The notes below the pieces were generated by a model. It saw only the letters and a program-made list of their open reading frames with translations. It was not told the origin of the DNA and did no database searches. 64,000 nucleotides of DNA from an uncultured Bacteroidales bacterium. Its GTDB lineage: Bacteria; Bacteroidota; Bacteroidia; Bacteroidales; PWNQ01. The translations under genes were made by a program, and so were the position numbers. Positions 47,966-58,543 of the stretch are shown here, in pieces. The stretch covers positions 75,570-139,569 of the forward strand of contig CAYZDA010000001.1 in NCBI GenBank assembly GCA_964477095.1, read 5' to 3'. Position 1 is the stretch's first letter. Each line of letters opens with the position of its first letter.

Positions 47966-49237
47966 ATGTTACAGATACAGGAAATAAGGAATAACAGGGA
48001 CGAAATTGTAAAGCGTCTGTCGGTAAAAAACTTTAAAGACAGCAGGTTGATTGATCGTGTGCTTGAGCTTGATATAGTCAGAAGGGAAACACAGAATAAA
48101 CTGGATAATATTCTGGCCGAATCAAAAAAAGCAGCGAAAGAGATCGGCCGTCTGATGCAAGAGGGAGACAGGGATCAGGCTGAAGAGGCAAAGAAGCGCA
48201 CGGCAGAGCTTAAAAAGGACAGCAAGCAGCTGCAGCAGAAGCTTAATGAGATCAGTGATGAGCAGCAGCAGTTGCTTATGGAAATTCCAAACGTGCCACA
48301 TGAAAGTGTACCGGCAGGTAATTCAGCTGCTGATAATATAATCACCAAAGAAGGCGGAGAACTGCCGCAGATAGGTGATAAGGCTCAACCTCACTGGGAG
48401 CTGGCCGGAAAATATGATCTTATAGATTTTGACCTGGGCGTAAAAATTACAGGCGCCGGCTTTCCTGTTTATAAGAAAAAAGGAGCACGCCTTCAGCGCG
48501 CACTGCAGTACTTTTTTCTAGATCAGGCGTTGGAAGCCGGATATGATGAGGTGCAACCACCCCTGCTGGTGAATGAGGCTTCCGGTTTTGGAACCGGGCA
48601 ATTACCGGATAAAGACGGGCAAATGTATCGTATAGGAAGTGATAATTTTTACCTGATCCCTACAGCAGAAGTGCCGGTAACTAATATTTACCGGGATGTT
48701 ATCCTGGATGAAAGTCAGCTACCGCTAAAAAATGTGGCTTATTCAGCCTGCTTCAGGCGTGAAGCCGGATCATACGGCAAGGATGTTCGTGGTCTTAACC
48801 GCCTGCACCAGTTTGATAAGGTGGAAATAGTACAGGTGGTTGATCCTGCCCGTTCATACGAGGTGCTGGAAGAAATGGTAGATTATGTGATTACTCTGGT
48901 TGAAAAGCTGGAGCTGCCCTACAGGGTGCTTCGCTTATGCGGAGGTGATACCAGCTTTGCAGCTGCTCTCACTTATGATATTGAGGTCTTTTCTGCTGCG
49001 CAGAGCCGTTGGCTGGAGGTTAGTTCCATTTCCAATTTCGAGTCCTTTCAGGCTAACCGGATGAAACTAAGATACAAAGACAGTAATGGTAAGAAACAAC
49101 CGGTTCATACGCTAAATGGTAGTGCGCTTGCATTTCCGCGTATCATGGCAGCCCTGCTTGAAAATAATCAGCAAGGGGATAAAATAAAAGTGCCCGGGGC
49201 ACTCGTTAAGTACACCAGATTTGAATATATTGACTAA
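47966..49237 (+). CDS. serS: Serine--tRNA ligase
   Basis: Start trimmed to MLQIQEIRNNRDEIVKRL. Coiled-coil arm, class II motifs FRREAGS and GSALAFPR. Confidence 0.95.
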   Translation: MLQIQEIRNNRDEIVKRLSVKNFKDSRLIDRVLELDIVRRETQNKLDNILAESKKAAKEIGRLMQEGDRDQAEEAKKRTAELKKDSKQLQQKLNEISDEQQQLLMEIPNVPHESVPAGNSAADNIITKEGGELPQIGDKAQPHWELAGKYDLIDFDLGVKITGAGFPVYKKKGARLQRALQYFFLDQALEAGYDEVQPPLLVNEASGFGTGQLPDKDGQMYRIGSDNFYLIPTAEVPVTNIYRDVILDESQLPLKNVAYSACFRREAGSYGKDVRGLNRLHQFDKVEIVQVVDPARSYEVLEEMVDYVITLVEKLELPYRVLRLCGGDTSFAAALTYDIEVFSAAQSRWLEVSSISNFESFQANRMKLRYKDSNGKKQPVHTLNGSALAFPRIMAALLENNQQGDKIKVPGALVKYTRFEYID

Positions 49238-49248
49238 AAACTGAAAAT

Positions 49249-49785
49249 ATGAGAAAGATATTCTTTGCTTTAATGCTCGCGGGAATCGTTGTGTTGAGCA
49301 GTTGCATGAACAAGGAACAAAAACAACGAATAGAAAAAATCGACAGCCTGGAGGTGGTTCTCGATTCTGTTTCTGAAAGGCTGAATACTGTGGATTCCGC
49401 TCAGATTCAGGCTAACTATAATGCCATCCTGAAGTATAACACCTATCTGGATTCAGTGCCGGAAGAGAATGAAGATCAGGAATTGATCAGGGAATATAGA
49501 AATGCAGAACGCAATTTGCGTAAATACCTGGCAAATGCGGACAATCTGCACAGCGAGCTGGAGCTGAGCTATAACCAGCTGGACAGTCTCAGCTATGATG
49601 TCAAGCACGACCTGGTACCTGAAGGGAAGTTTAAATATTACTACCGTGATGAAAAGACCTCTGTTAAAGAACTCAGGGACCTTACCTTTTATCTGGCGGA
49701 AACTTCCGAAGAAGAACTTAAACGCATCGATAGTCTGCACAATGCTGTCGAGCAATACCTGAAGGCAAATCGCGTTAAATATTAG
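49249..49785 (+). CDS. Hypothetical lipoprotein
   Basis: Lipobox VLSSC. Helical, charged 178 aa protein, tightly spaced between serS and the TPR gene. Confidence 0.55.
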   Translation: MRKIFFALMLAGIVVLSSCMNKEQKQRIEKIDSLEVVLDSVSERLNTVDSAQIQANYNAILKYNTYLDSVPEENEDQELIREYRNAERNLRKYLANADNLHSELELSYNQLDSLSYDVKHDLVPEGKFKYYYRDEKTSVKELRDLTFYLAETSEEELKRIDSLHNAVEQYLKANRVKY

Positions 49786-49794
49786 CCATAGATT

Positions 49795-51639
49795 ATGAAG
49801 AAACTCTGCAGTCTGATCATACTGATAATGCTTTCACTCGGCAGTTATGCCCAAAGTGAAGAAGAGCAACTGGCTGCGCAGTATTATCAGAAGAAAGAGT
49901 ACGAAAAAGCTGTAGAGATTTATAAGGAACTGTACCGGGATCAGCCCACGGTTTTCTATTACAAATATTATCTTGACTGCCTGATTAAACTGGAGGATTT
50001 TTCTGAAGCCAAACGCCTGGTCCGTAAACAAAAACGCGATTCAGATTTCCCTCTGAAATATGCAGTGGAACTGGGTTATTTGTACCTTCAGGAAGATGAG
50101 GAAAAGAAGGCACGCAGGCATTTTAAGGATGCCATAAAAGAGATTGAACCAAACCGGCAGGATTACATTGATTTAGCTAATGCTTTTGTGAGCCGTGATT
50201 TATACGATTATGCCATCCAGGTGCTTGAAAAGGGCAACCGGAGGATTAATTCAGACCGGGCTTTTCACATGGAGCTTGCTGGAGTATATGCCAGAACCAG
50301 GCGGTATAATAAAATGATGGAACAATACCTGCAGCTGCTGGATAAGGCTCCAGATTATTCAAGGGTAATAAAGGACGAATTGCAGCTATTTATTGAGGAT
50401 GGTGAAGCGGAAAAGATCCGGGCAATAAAAAACATCCTGCTGGAACGTACGCAAAGCCAGTCTTCCAACAGCTTGTATGCCGAATTGCTGATGTGGTTTT
50501 CCATACAGCTGAAAGATTTTAAAATAGCGCTGCTTCAGGCCAAAGCTCTCGACCGCCGCTTTAATGAAGACGGACAACGGGTGTTTTACCTTGCAAAAAT
50601 CCTGAAGGATAACAGGAAATATGACCTGGCCGCTGAGGCCTATCAATACGTTATGAAGAAAGGGGAGGATAAGTACTTGTACCTGGGAAGTCTTATCCGT
50701 TTACTGGACGTTAAGTTTGAAAAGCTAACGCAAACCACGGATTTCGATAAGGAAGAACTGGATGATCTGGAACAGGAATACCACAATGCTCTGTCCAGGC
50801 TTGGAACAAATGCCTCTACAGTGGAGCTGATGCTGAATATGGCTCATATGCAGGCCTTTTATATGGGGAAGAGCGATGAAGCCCGGAAACTGCTGGAAGA
50901 AGCCATAAAAATCCCGGGCGCAAAGCCCAGGCAGATTGCCGAATGCAAAATTGAGCTGGCTGATATTCTTACCATGGCCGGTGATGTGTGGGAAGCCACA
51001 TTGCTTTACCAGCAAGTTGACAAAGCTTTTAAGGAAGAACCCCTGGGGCATCTGGCGAAGTTCAAAAATGCCAAACTCTCATTCTATATAGGTGAATTCC
51101 AGTGGGCACTCACCCAGCTTGATGTGCTGAAAGCAGCTACCTCAAAGTTAATTGCCAATGACGCCATGCAGCTTGCACTGCTCATACGTGATAATATCGG
51201 TCTTGATTCCAGTGTGGCTGCCATTGAAACGTATGCAAGAGCCGATCTGTATGCTTTTCAGAAAAAAACCGCCCTGGCACTGAAAACGCTCGACACACTG
51301 GAGCAGTTTTACGTGGAACATAATATCATGGACGAGGTGCTGTTTAGGAAAGCAGAAATTCACATTGATCAAAGAAACTACAAAACAGCTGACAGTCTGC
51401 TAAATATGGTGGTGGAGCAATACAGTTATGACATTCTTGCTGATGACGCACTCATGACGAGAGCCGAATTGAATGAATTTTACCTGCAACGCCCTGAGCG
51501 GGCCAGATCTCTTTATAAAAAGCTGATTACCGAATACCCGGGCAGCCTTTACACTGTCAAGGCCAGAAAACGTTTCAGAATGCTCCGGGGTGATAAAGTC
51601 CTTCCTTCCGTGGAACGAATGAATAATATTTCTAATTAA
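49795..51639 (+). CDS. Tetratricopeptide repeat protein (secreted)
   Basis: Signal peptide, and repeated A/Y/L-rich 34-aa helical patterns (YYQKKEYEKAVEIYKELY and others). Confidence 0.7.
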   Translation: MKKLCSLIILIMLSLGSYAQSEEEQLAAQYYQKKEYEKAVEIYKELYRDQPTVFYYKYYLDCLIKLEDFSEAKRLVRKQKRDSDFPLKYAVELGYLYLQEDEEKKARRHFKDAIKEIEPNRQDYIDLANAFVSRDLYDYAIQVLEKGNRRINSDRAFHMELAGVYARTRRYNKMMEQYLQLLDKAPDYSRVIKDELQLFIEDGEAEKIRAIKNILLERTQSQSSNSLYAELLMWFSIQLKDFKIALLQAKALDRRFNEDGQRVFYLAKILKDNRKYDLAAEAYQYVMKKGEDKYLYLGSLIRLLDVKFEKLTQTTDFDKEELDDLEQEYHNALSRLGTNASTVELMLNMAHMQAFYMGKSDEARKLLEEAIKIPGAKPRQIAECKIELADILTMAGDVWEATLLYQQVDKAFKEEPLGHLAKFKNAKLSFYIGEFQWALTQLDVLKAATSKLIANDAMQLALLIRDNIGLDSSVAAIETYARADLYAFQKKTALALKTLDTLEQFYVEHNIMDEVLFRKAEIHIDQRNYKTADSLLNMVVEQYSYDILADDALMTRAELNEFYLQRPERARSLYKKLITEYPGSLYTVKARKRFRMLRGDKVLPSVERMNNISN

Positions 51640-51647
51640 TACTTCAG

Positions 51648-52412
51648 ATGCAGGTAAAGCCTAAAAAATACTTCGGACAGCATTTTTTGAAAAATCCTGA
51701 CACCGCTAAACGCATTTCTGATGCTATACCCGCAAAAACCGGCAGTGTGCTGGAAGTAGGGCCCGGTAAGGGAATCCTTACACAACATCTGCTTCAGCGG
51801 TTTGGAAATGATTTAAAAGTGATAGAAATCGACAGAGACGCTGTTGCATATTTAAAAGAGGAATTTCCACAGCTAAAGCCTGGTCAGGTTATTGAAGGTG
51901 ATTTTCTGAAGCTGGACCTGGAAAACATATTTGCTGATGAATTTCACCTCTGCGGGAATTTTCCGTATAATATTTCCAGCCAGATACTTTTTAGAATGCT
52001 GGAGAACCGTAACAAAATACCATCACTCACCGGGATGTTTCAGAAGGAAGTTGCACTGCGTATTGCCGCTTCACCGGGATCAAAGGTTTATGGCATATTA
52101 AGTGTCCTCACCCAGGCCTTTTATCAAACAGAAGTTCTTTTTTCACTGTCAGAAAACGAATTCTTTCCTCCGCCAAAGGTGAAGTCAGCAGTTATCAGGC
52201 TCATCAGGAATGTAGACTACAGTTTGGGATGTGATGAAGCAATGTTTTTTAAGGTGGTGAAAACAGCATTTCAGCAGCGGAGAAAAACGCTGCGAAACAG
52301 CCTGAAGGTGCTGGCCGAAGGGAAAGAGCTGCCGGAGCATTATACTTCTGAGCGCCCCGAGCAGCTTGGAGTTAGCGATTTTTGTGAACTCACCCGCCTG
52401 TTATCGGAATAA
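51648..52412 (+). CDS. rsmA: 16S rRNA (adenine1518-N6/adenine1519-N6)-dimethyltransferase
   Basis: KKYFGQHFL, SAM motif LEVGPGKGILT, and GNFPYNISS. Confidence 0.93.
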   Translation: MQVKPKKYFGQHFLKNPDTAKRISDAIPAKTGSVLEVGPGKGILTQHLLQRFGNDLKVIEIDRDAVAYLKEEFPQLKPGQVIEGDFLKLDLENIFADEFHLCGNFPYNISSQILFRMLENRNKIPSLTGMFQKEVALRIAASPGSKVYGILSVLTQAFYQTEVLFSLSENEFFPPPKVKSAVIRLIRNVDYSLGCDEAMFFKVVKTAFQQRRKTLRNSLKVLAEGKELPEHYTSERPEQLGVSDFCELTRLLSE

Positions 52413-52640
52413 GCCTTTGATGCCAGGCTTTATTTCCACGACATCATATCCGGCTGCTTGTATGGCGTCTATTATTTGTTGTTTGTCGGTTTTGTCATCA
52501 GTTTCCACCTCCAGTATCTTGTAGGTTTTGTCATTGATGACTTTCCATTTTGTAACTCCTTCAATTTTATCCAGGTGAGGCTGAACGGTATCAATGCAAC
52601 CCTGGCATTTAAAGTTTGTTTTGAATTTGAAAGTTTTCAT
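52401..52640 (-). CDS. copZ: Heavy-metal-associated domain protein (copper chaperone-like)
   Basis: 79 aa with CQGC in an FKTNFKCQGC context, immediately downstream of copA. The 3' end overlaps the rsmA 3' end by 12 nt. Confidence 0.7.
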   Translation of the reverse strand: MKTFKFKTNFKCQGCIDTVQPHLDKIEGVTKWKVINDKTYKILEVETDDKTDKQQIIDAIQAAGYDVVEIKPGIKGLFR

Positions 52641-52650
52641 AGGTGTTATA

Positions 52651-54864
52651 TTATTTTAAGTTTGCACTTTTTAATCTGAGGCTGTTTGTCACTACACTCA
52701 CAGAAGACATAGCCATTGCTGCTGCGGCTATCATAGGGTTTAGCAGGAAGCCCGTTAAGGGGAACAGCAGCCCGGCAGCCACTGGTATGGCAAGGATATT
52801 ATAGAAAAAAGCCCAGAACAGGTTCTGACGTATCTTTTGACGTGTCTTTTCTGCCAGTTTCAATGCGGTCTTAACCTGTCGTAAATCCGAGTGCACCAAC
52901 GTAATGTCAGCACTTTCCATGGCGATATCTGTTCCTGATGCCATGGCTATTCCTATATCAGCCACTGCCAGCGACTCTGCATCATTAATGCCGTCACCAG
53001 CCATGATCACTGTTTTTCCTTCCTGCTGCATTTTTCTGATTATTTCTGCCTTATCGTGTGGCAGCAGTTCAGCCCTGTAATTATCGATGCCGGTTTCACG
53101 AGCCACTGCAGCAGCAGTTTCTTCACGGTCACCGGTTAGCAGTATCACTTCAAGTCCTGCGTTTTTAAGCTCCCGGATGGCACTCACTGATGTTTCTTTC
53201 ACAGGATCGCCTATGCCAATGAGCCCTGCCACCCGGGTGTTTTTGGCACAATAAATTACCGTCTGAGCCTGCTGCGACCATTGGGATGCCGTTTTAGAAA
53301 AGCTGTCGGATATATGGATGCTGTTTTCCCTCATCAGGCGTTCATTTCCTATCAGCCAGCGATTGCCGCCGGCTTCAGCTGATACCCCCATGCCGGTAAG
53401 ACTGTTAAAGTGATCCGGCTTAACCTCAATATTTTCACCCTGTAAGTATTTAACTACAGATTCCGCCAGGGGATGTTCCGAGCGTTGTTCTATGGCCCTT
53501 ATTGTGGCCTTATTTTCGTCAGAAATATCATCAGCCCACAACGCATCTTTTACCCGGGGCATTCCCATTGTCACTGTTCCGGTTTTGTCCACTGCGATTA
53601 TATCGGCCTTATGGGCTTTTTCGAGGCTGTCAGCATTCCGGATAAGAATGCCGTTTTTAGCTCCTTTTCCAAGGCCCACCATCAAAGCAGTTGGTGTGGC
53701 AAGGCCAAGGGCACAGGGGCAGGCAATGATCAAAACGCTTAGCATGGTTATAAAGGCATAGGTCATTTCCGGCTCAGGACCCCAGATGATCCAGATAGCA
53801 AAAGTAATTACAGCTATAGTAATTACCACCGGCACAAATACAGAAGCTACCTTATCGACGAGCCGTTGTACGCCGGGCTTTTGGCTTTGCGCCTCACGCA
53901 CCATCCTGATCATTTGCGAGAGCACAGTTTCGGCGCCCGTCTTTTCGGCTTTTATCACAAAGGTACCTTTCTGGTTGACAGTTCCTGTATAAACCATATC
54001 ACCAGGACCTTTTTCCAACGGAACAGGTTCTCCGCTCAGCATGCTTTCATCCACGTGGGAGTTGCCTTCAGTAAGCCTGCCGTCAACCGGGATTTTGGCT
54101 CCAGGTTTTACCAGGATCAGGTCACCCGGTTTTACTTCCGAGGCTGGCGTTTTCACATGCCTGCCATCTATGATTTGTATTACGCTGTTGGGTTTAAGGC
54201 CCATTAGCTCGCGTATAGCTGCAGATGCACGTGTCTTTGAGCGTTCTTCCCAGTACCGCCCCAGAAGTATCAGTGTGATAATTACCACAGCAGATTCATA
54301 ATACACGTGCGGTTGAAAGCCCCGTTCCATAAGAAATGAAGGAAAGGCCGTGTTAAATATGCTGAATAAAAATGCAATGCCTGTACCCAGGGCCACCAGT
54401 GTATCCATATTGGTGGTAGCATGGCGTGCCTTTTTCCAGGCGATGATATAAAATTCCGCACCACTGAAAAAGATTACCGGAATACTAAGAGCCAGCAGGA
54501 GCCAGTTTTCCCAGGATACCACAGGCGGAAAAAACATGGATAAAATGAACACCGGCAACGAAAAAATCACAGCAACGGCCATTTTAATGCGCAGCGACCG
54601 GAATCTTTTGCCAAGCCTCTCGTTTACCTCATCAACATCATCAGAAACCGGATTGCCCAGTTTATAGCCGGTAGCTTTCAGGGTCTTTGAAAGTTCTTTG
54701 TGCCCTGTTTCTTCTTCATCATAGACAATTAGCACACTTCCATCAGCAAAATTCACCTGTGCTTTTTCCACGCCCTTTTGTGCATTCAGCATACTTTCTA
54801 CGCTGGATGCACAGGCTGCGCAGGTCATTCCTTCAACATGATACGTCTTTTTTACAATTGCCAT
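52651..54864 (-). CDS. copA: Copper-translocating P1B-type ATPase
   Basis: N-terminal [32 protein letters not shown] and GDGINDA. Confidence 0.95.
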   Translation of the reverse strand: MAIVKKTYHVEGMTCAACASSVESMLNAQKGVEKAQVNFADGSVLIVYDEEETGHKELSKTLKATGYKLGNPVSDDVDEVNERLGKRFRSLRIKMAVAVIFSLPVFILSMFFPPVVSWENWLLLALSIPVIFFSGAEFYIIAWKKARHATTNMDTLVALGTGIAFLFSIFNTAFPSFLMERGFQPHVYYESAVVIITLILLGRYWEERSKTRASAAIRELMGLKPNSVIQIIDGRHVKTPASEVKPGDLILVKPGAKIPVDGRLTEGNSHVDESMLSGEPVPLEKGPGDMVYTGTVNQKGTFVIKAEKTGAETVLSQMIRMVREAQSQKPGVQRLVDKVASVFVPVVITIAVITFAIWIIWGPEPEMTYAFITMLSVLIIACPCALGLATPTALMVGLGKGAKNGILIRNADSLEKAHKADIIAVDKTGTVTMGMPRVKDALWADDISDENKATIRAIEQRSEHPLAESVVKYLQGENIEVKPDHFNSLTGMGVSAEAGGNRWLIGNERLMRENSIHISDSFSKTASQWSQQAQTVIYCAKNTRVAGLIGIGDPVKETSVSAIRELKNAGLEVILLTGDREETAAAVARETGIDNYRAELLPHDKAEIIRKMQQEGKTVIMAGDGINDAESLAVADIGIAMASGTDIAMESADITLVHSDLRQVKTALKLAEKTRQKIRQNLFWAFFYNILAIPVAAGLLFPLTGFLLNPMIAAAAMAMSSVSVVTNSLRLKSANLK

Positions 54865-55263
54865 TTTTTCTGATTTCTTAAATAAAACAGCTCCCGGGGA
54901 AAAGGTGTTGCGAATCCCTGGAAAAAGTATAGAATTCCGTGTTTATTCCTCTGATGTCAAATTGTCAATGGCCCTGCTGCCGGTATTTTGCTGCTTTTTA
55001 AACTGCGATGAACTCATGCCTGTTAGTTCTATGAACTGCGTGCTGATGCAGTTCTTGATAAATTATGCAGGTCTGAAGGCAATCCCGGATTATGAAAGCC
55101 TGCCACAGATTTGCTTTTGTGCTTTCTGAAGGTTTATATAACGCTTTCACAGCATGGGCAGGCCGGGAAATCATTTCGTTAACTGACATGATATAGCGCA
55201 GACAAATCATATTTTGATAGAGTTGACATCAAAAGTATAAGTTTCCCTTTGCGGTTTTTGTTC

Positions 55264-55300
55264 AGAAAAAAAGGCTGTCTTTATCCGACAACCTTTTTTT
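55264..55300 (-). terminator. Rho-independent terminator downstream of glmS
   Basis: AAGGCTGTC (55271-55279) pairs with GACAACCTT (55287-55295) with one mismatch. T-runs lie on both strands. Confidence 0.5.
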
Positions 55301-55320
55301 CTTTTGACATAGTATATATC

Positions 55321-57159
55321 TTATTCCACTGTAACCGACTTGGCCAGATTCCTCGGCTGATCAACATTACAACCACGCAGCACAGCGATGTGATAAGACA
55401 GAAGCTGCAATGGGATAGTGGCTACCAGGGGTACCAGCATTTCATCTGTTTCCGGGATTTCGATTACATAATCGGCCATTTTTCTTACTTCTTTATCTCC
55501 GTCAGTAACAATGGCAATTATTTTTCCTTTACGTGCTTTTACTTCCTGTATGTTGCTGATAACCTTATCATAGGTTCCATATTTTGTGGCTATTACAACC
55601 ACAGGCATTTCTTCGTCAATAAGAGCAATGGGTCCATGCTTCATTTCAGCTGCGGGGTATCCTTCCGCGTGGATATAGGAAATTTCCTTCAGCTTAAGTG
55701 CACCTTCCAGTGCCACTGGGTAATTGATGCCGCGCCCCAGGTAAAGGGCATTGGTAGCATCCTTGTATTTTCTGGAAATTTCCTGCACCAGGTCATCCAC
55801 TTTTAGTACCTGTTCAATTTTTGAAGGGATTTGATCCAGTTGATAAACCAGGTCATGGAAACGGGTCTTGGTAATCGTGCCTTTTTTCTTGGCAATCATC
55901 AGCGCCATTTGTATCAGGATGGTTACCTGTGCGGTGAATGCTTTTGTGGAAGCTACCCCGATTTCCGGTCCGGCATGTGTAAAAGATCCGGCATCTGTGA
56001 TACGGGCGATTGTTGAGCCTACCACATTGCAAATACCCAGGATGGTAGCTCCTTTTTCCCGGGCAAGATTAATAGCTGCGATGGTATCTGCAGTTTCACC
56101 TGATTGAGAAATAGCGATTACCACATCTTCTTCATATATCACCGGCTGGCGGTAGCGGAATTCAGATGCATATTCTACTTCCACTGGTATGCGGGCCATG
56201 GATTCAAACATATATTCACCAACAAGTCCGGCGTGCCAGGAAGTACCACATGCAACCATGATGATTCTTTTGGCATTAATCAGCTTGTTTTCGTAATCCT
56301 TAATGCCTCCCAGGGAAACAATATCTTTTTTGGCACTTATCCGGCCACGCATGCTGTCGCGTATGGAACGCGGCTGTTCAAAGATTTCCTTCAGCATAAA
56401 ATGCGGAAATCCGCCTTTCTCCAGGGCGGTCAGGCTCATTTCCAGTTTTTCAATATAAGGTGTTTTAATTTGGTTGGAGATGGTTCTGATTTTAAGGTCT
56501 TCACCTGGTTTTAAAAACGCGATTTCCTCGTCATCCAGATAAACCACATCTTTAGTATGCTCCACGATGGGTGTTGCATCTGACGCCAGGTAGAAATCAC
56601 CGTCGCCGATCCCCACCACCAGCGGGCTACCTTTACGGGCAGCGATCAGCATGTCAGGTTCCTCCTCCGAGATAACCACTATAGCGTATGCTCCCACTAC
56701 CTGGCTGAGAGCGATTTGCAGTGCATGCACTATATCTACCTTTTCATTAACTTTGATATCTTCAATCAGGTGGATCAGTACTTCTGTATCTGTTTCACTG
56801 GTGAATTTATGACCGCGGTTAATTAATTCTTCTTTCAGTGGTGCATAATTTTCAATAATACCATTATGGATCATGGCCATTTTTCCTGAAGGGGAATAAT
56901 GAGGATGGGCATTCACATCATTAGGCTCGCCATGTGTAGCCCAGCGGGTATGGGCAATTCCAACAGTTCCTGAAATATCCTTTCCCTGGACAAATTTTTC
57001 CAGATCGGCAACTTTCCCTTTTGTTTTATAGAGCTTAAGGGAATTATTTATCAGTGAAAGGCCGGCACTGTCGTAGCCGCGGTATTCCAGGCGGTACAGT
57101 CCGTTTATAAGGATAGGATATGCTTGTTTTTCTCCAATGTATCCAACGATTCCACACAT
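55321..57159 (-). CDS. glmS: Glutamine--fructose-6-phosphate aminotransferase (isomerizing)
   Basis: N-terminal MCGIVGY, two SIS domains, and C-terminal NLAKSVTVE. Confidence 0.97.
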   Translation of the reverse strand: MCGIVGYIGEKQAYPILINGLYRLEYRGYDSAGLSLINNSLKLYKTKGKVADLEKFVQGKDISGTVGIAHTRWATHGEPNDVNAHPHYSPSGKMAMIHNGIIENYAPLKEELINRGHKFTSETDTEVLIHLIEDIKVNEKVDIVHALQIALSQVVGAYAIVVISEEEPDMLIAARKGSPLVVGIGDGDFYLASDATPIVEHTKDVVYLDDEEIAFLKPGEDLKIRTISNQIKTPYIEKLEMSLTALEKGGFPHFMLKEIFEQPRSIRDSMRGRISAKKDIVSLGGIKDYENKLINAKRIIMVACGTSWHAGLVGEYMFESMARIPVEVEYASEFRYRQPVIYEEDVVIAISQSGETADTIAAINLAREKGATILGICNVVGSTIARITDAGSFTHAGPEIGVASTKAFTAQVTILIQMALMIAKKKGTITKTRFHDLVYQLDQIPSKIEQVLKVDDLVQEISRKYKDATNALYLGRGINYPVALEGALKLKEISYIHAEGYPAAEMKHGPIALIDEEMPVVVIATKYGTYDKVISNIQEVKARKGKIIAIVTDGDKEVRKMADYVIEIPETDEMLVPLVATIPLQLLSYHIAVLRGCNVDQPRNLAKSVTVE

Positions 57160-57177
57160 AAAAAGAGGTTTTAAGGG

Positions 57178-58506
57178 TTAATCATTATCGAGTTTAGTAT
57201 ATATCAGTTCGAGCCTCATGCGGCGCTCCTGAGCCTGTGGCCCCATAAGCGCAGCACGGTATCCGTTTGAGTTTCTTTTGTCAACGAGCATAATCATTCC
57301 GTAATCAGGCTCTCCGCTTAATATTTCCTGTATATGACGAGTAATATTAAAGTGGTACTCATTTTGATCCTTGCGGTATCGCCCGTCAAACAGTTCCGGA
57401 GATATCAGGAAATCTTCAATCAGGCCTAGTTTTCCATCCTCGTTTAATTTAGCCATCCCAAGTCGTAGGGGTGCCTTGTAGCGGTCGGCTGAATAATCCG
57501 TGGTATCAGTTTCCACTACTAAAGTGGCTTTATTAACGGCTATATCTTCGTCACGCCAGTTGGCAATATGCGGGAATTGTATTTTTACATTTACCCCTGC
57601 CATGGATTGGAGGAAAAGCGACTCTACAGGAGGTGCGGTGTCTTTCTGGACAACCTGTTGCTGTAGTTCGGATGCCAGCATGGATGTTCCTGTGGAAAAA
57701 TCATGATCAAAGTGCGAAAATCTTGCAGCATCCTCATTCATATAAAAACTGGTAGTAATTGTATCATCATCATTGTGATAATAGATATGAAGAGCTGAAT
57801 GCACCACCAGCGGATCGAAATACAGTATGGCACCGTCGGAGGTGTTGGTGGCCGCTTTCACCTTGATACCCTTAAAAAAATCAGTAAATGCCTCATTGTC
57901 GGTAAAGGGGCCGGTGCCGGCGGCGAAAAACCGTTCTGCCAGCGCATTGTCAATTGGAATGCGAAGCCCCGGCGGGAGGGTATCATCACCAATTGTAAGG
58001 GGTTTTTGCGGGTGTGGTGTAAAGGTGCGGCTCCCGAGAATTTGCGGGCTTACCACCTTTTCATCACTGGAAAAATAAGTAGTGTCGTCATCCAGATCCT
58101 CTAATACTTCATACACCTCGAATGTTTGGGGATAAGTGGTGTCGCCGTAAAAGCTGAAATAGGTAAGGCTGAGCACTACTGAATCAACCACCGGGTTAGA
58201 GCCAAAGCTCAGGTTTGAAACCGGCATCTTCACCTGGGAATAAAAGGAGGCGTCCGCCTGTCCGAACACCGGATCCAGGTAGCTTCCTGCAAGCAACAAC
58301 TGTTGCCCGCTGGTTTTTACGGAATCTTCGCTGAATGAATAGGCGTGGATGGTAATGGTATCCGTGAAGTCTACGTTCAGGTTATCCGAAGGAGGTAAAA
58401 TGTTTTTACCGATATCGTCAGGCTTTTCACATGCCTGAATTAGGGCAAATACTGCAAATGTCAATGCTGCGGCAATGACCTTGAAAATACGTTGTGGCAT
58501 AGGCAA
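57178..58506 (-). CDS. DUF4270-like lipoprotein, hypothetical
   Basis: Lipobox LIQAC. 442 aa. Its position between glmS and the short glycogen-synthase-like gene is typical of Bacteroidota. The family name is from memory. Confidence 0.6.
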   Translation of the reverse strand: MPMPQRIFKVIAAALTFAVFALIQACEKPDDIGKNILPPSDNLNVDFTDTITIHAYSFSEDSVKTSGQQLLLAGSYLDPVFGQADASFYSQVKMPVSNLSFGSNPVVDSVVLSLTYFSFYGDTTYPQTFEVYEVLEDLDDDTTYFSSDEKVVSPQILGSRTFTPHPQKPLTIGDDTLPPGLRIPIDNALAERFFAAGTGPFTDNEAFTDFFKGIKVKAATNTSDGAILYFDPLVVHSALHIYYHNDDDTITTSFYMNEDAARFSHFDHDFSTGTSMLASELQQQVVQKDTAPPVESLFLQSMAGVNVKIQFPHIANWRDEDIAVNKATLVVETDTTDYSADRYKAPLRLGMAKLNEDGKLGLIEDFLISPELFDGRYRKDQNEYHFNITRHIQEILSGEPDYGMIMLVDKRNSNGYRAALMGPQAQERRMRLELIYTKLDND

Positions 58507-58543
58507 ACTGCTTCTTCTTTTTTGCGATCAATCCTGTTAATGC

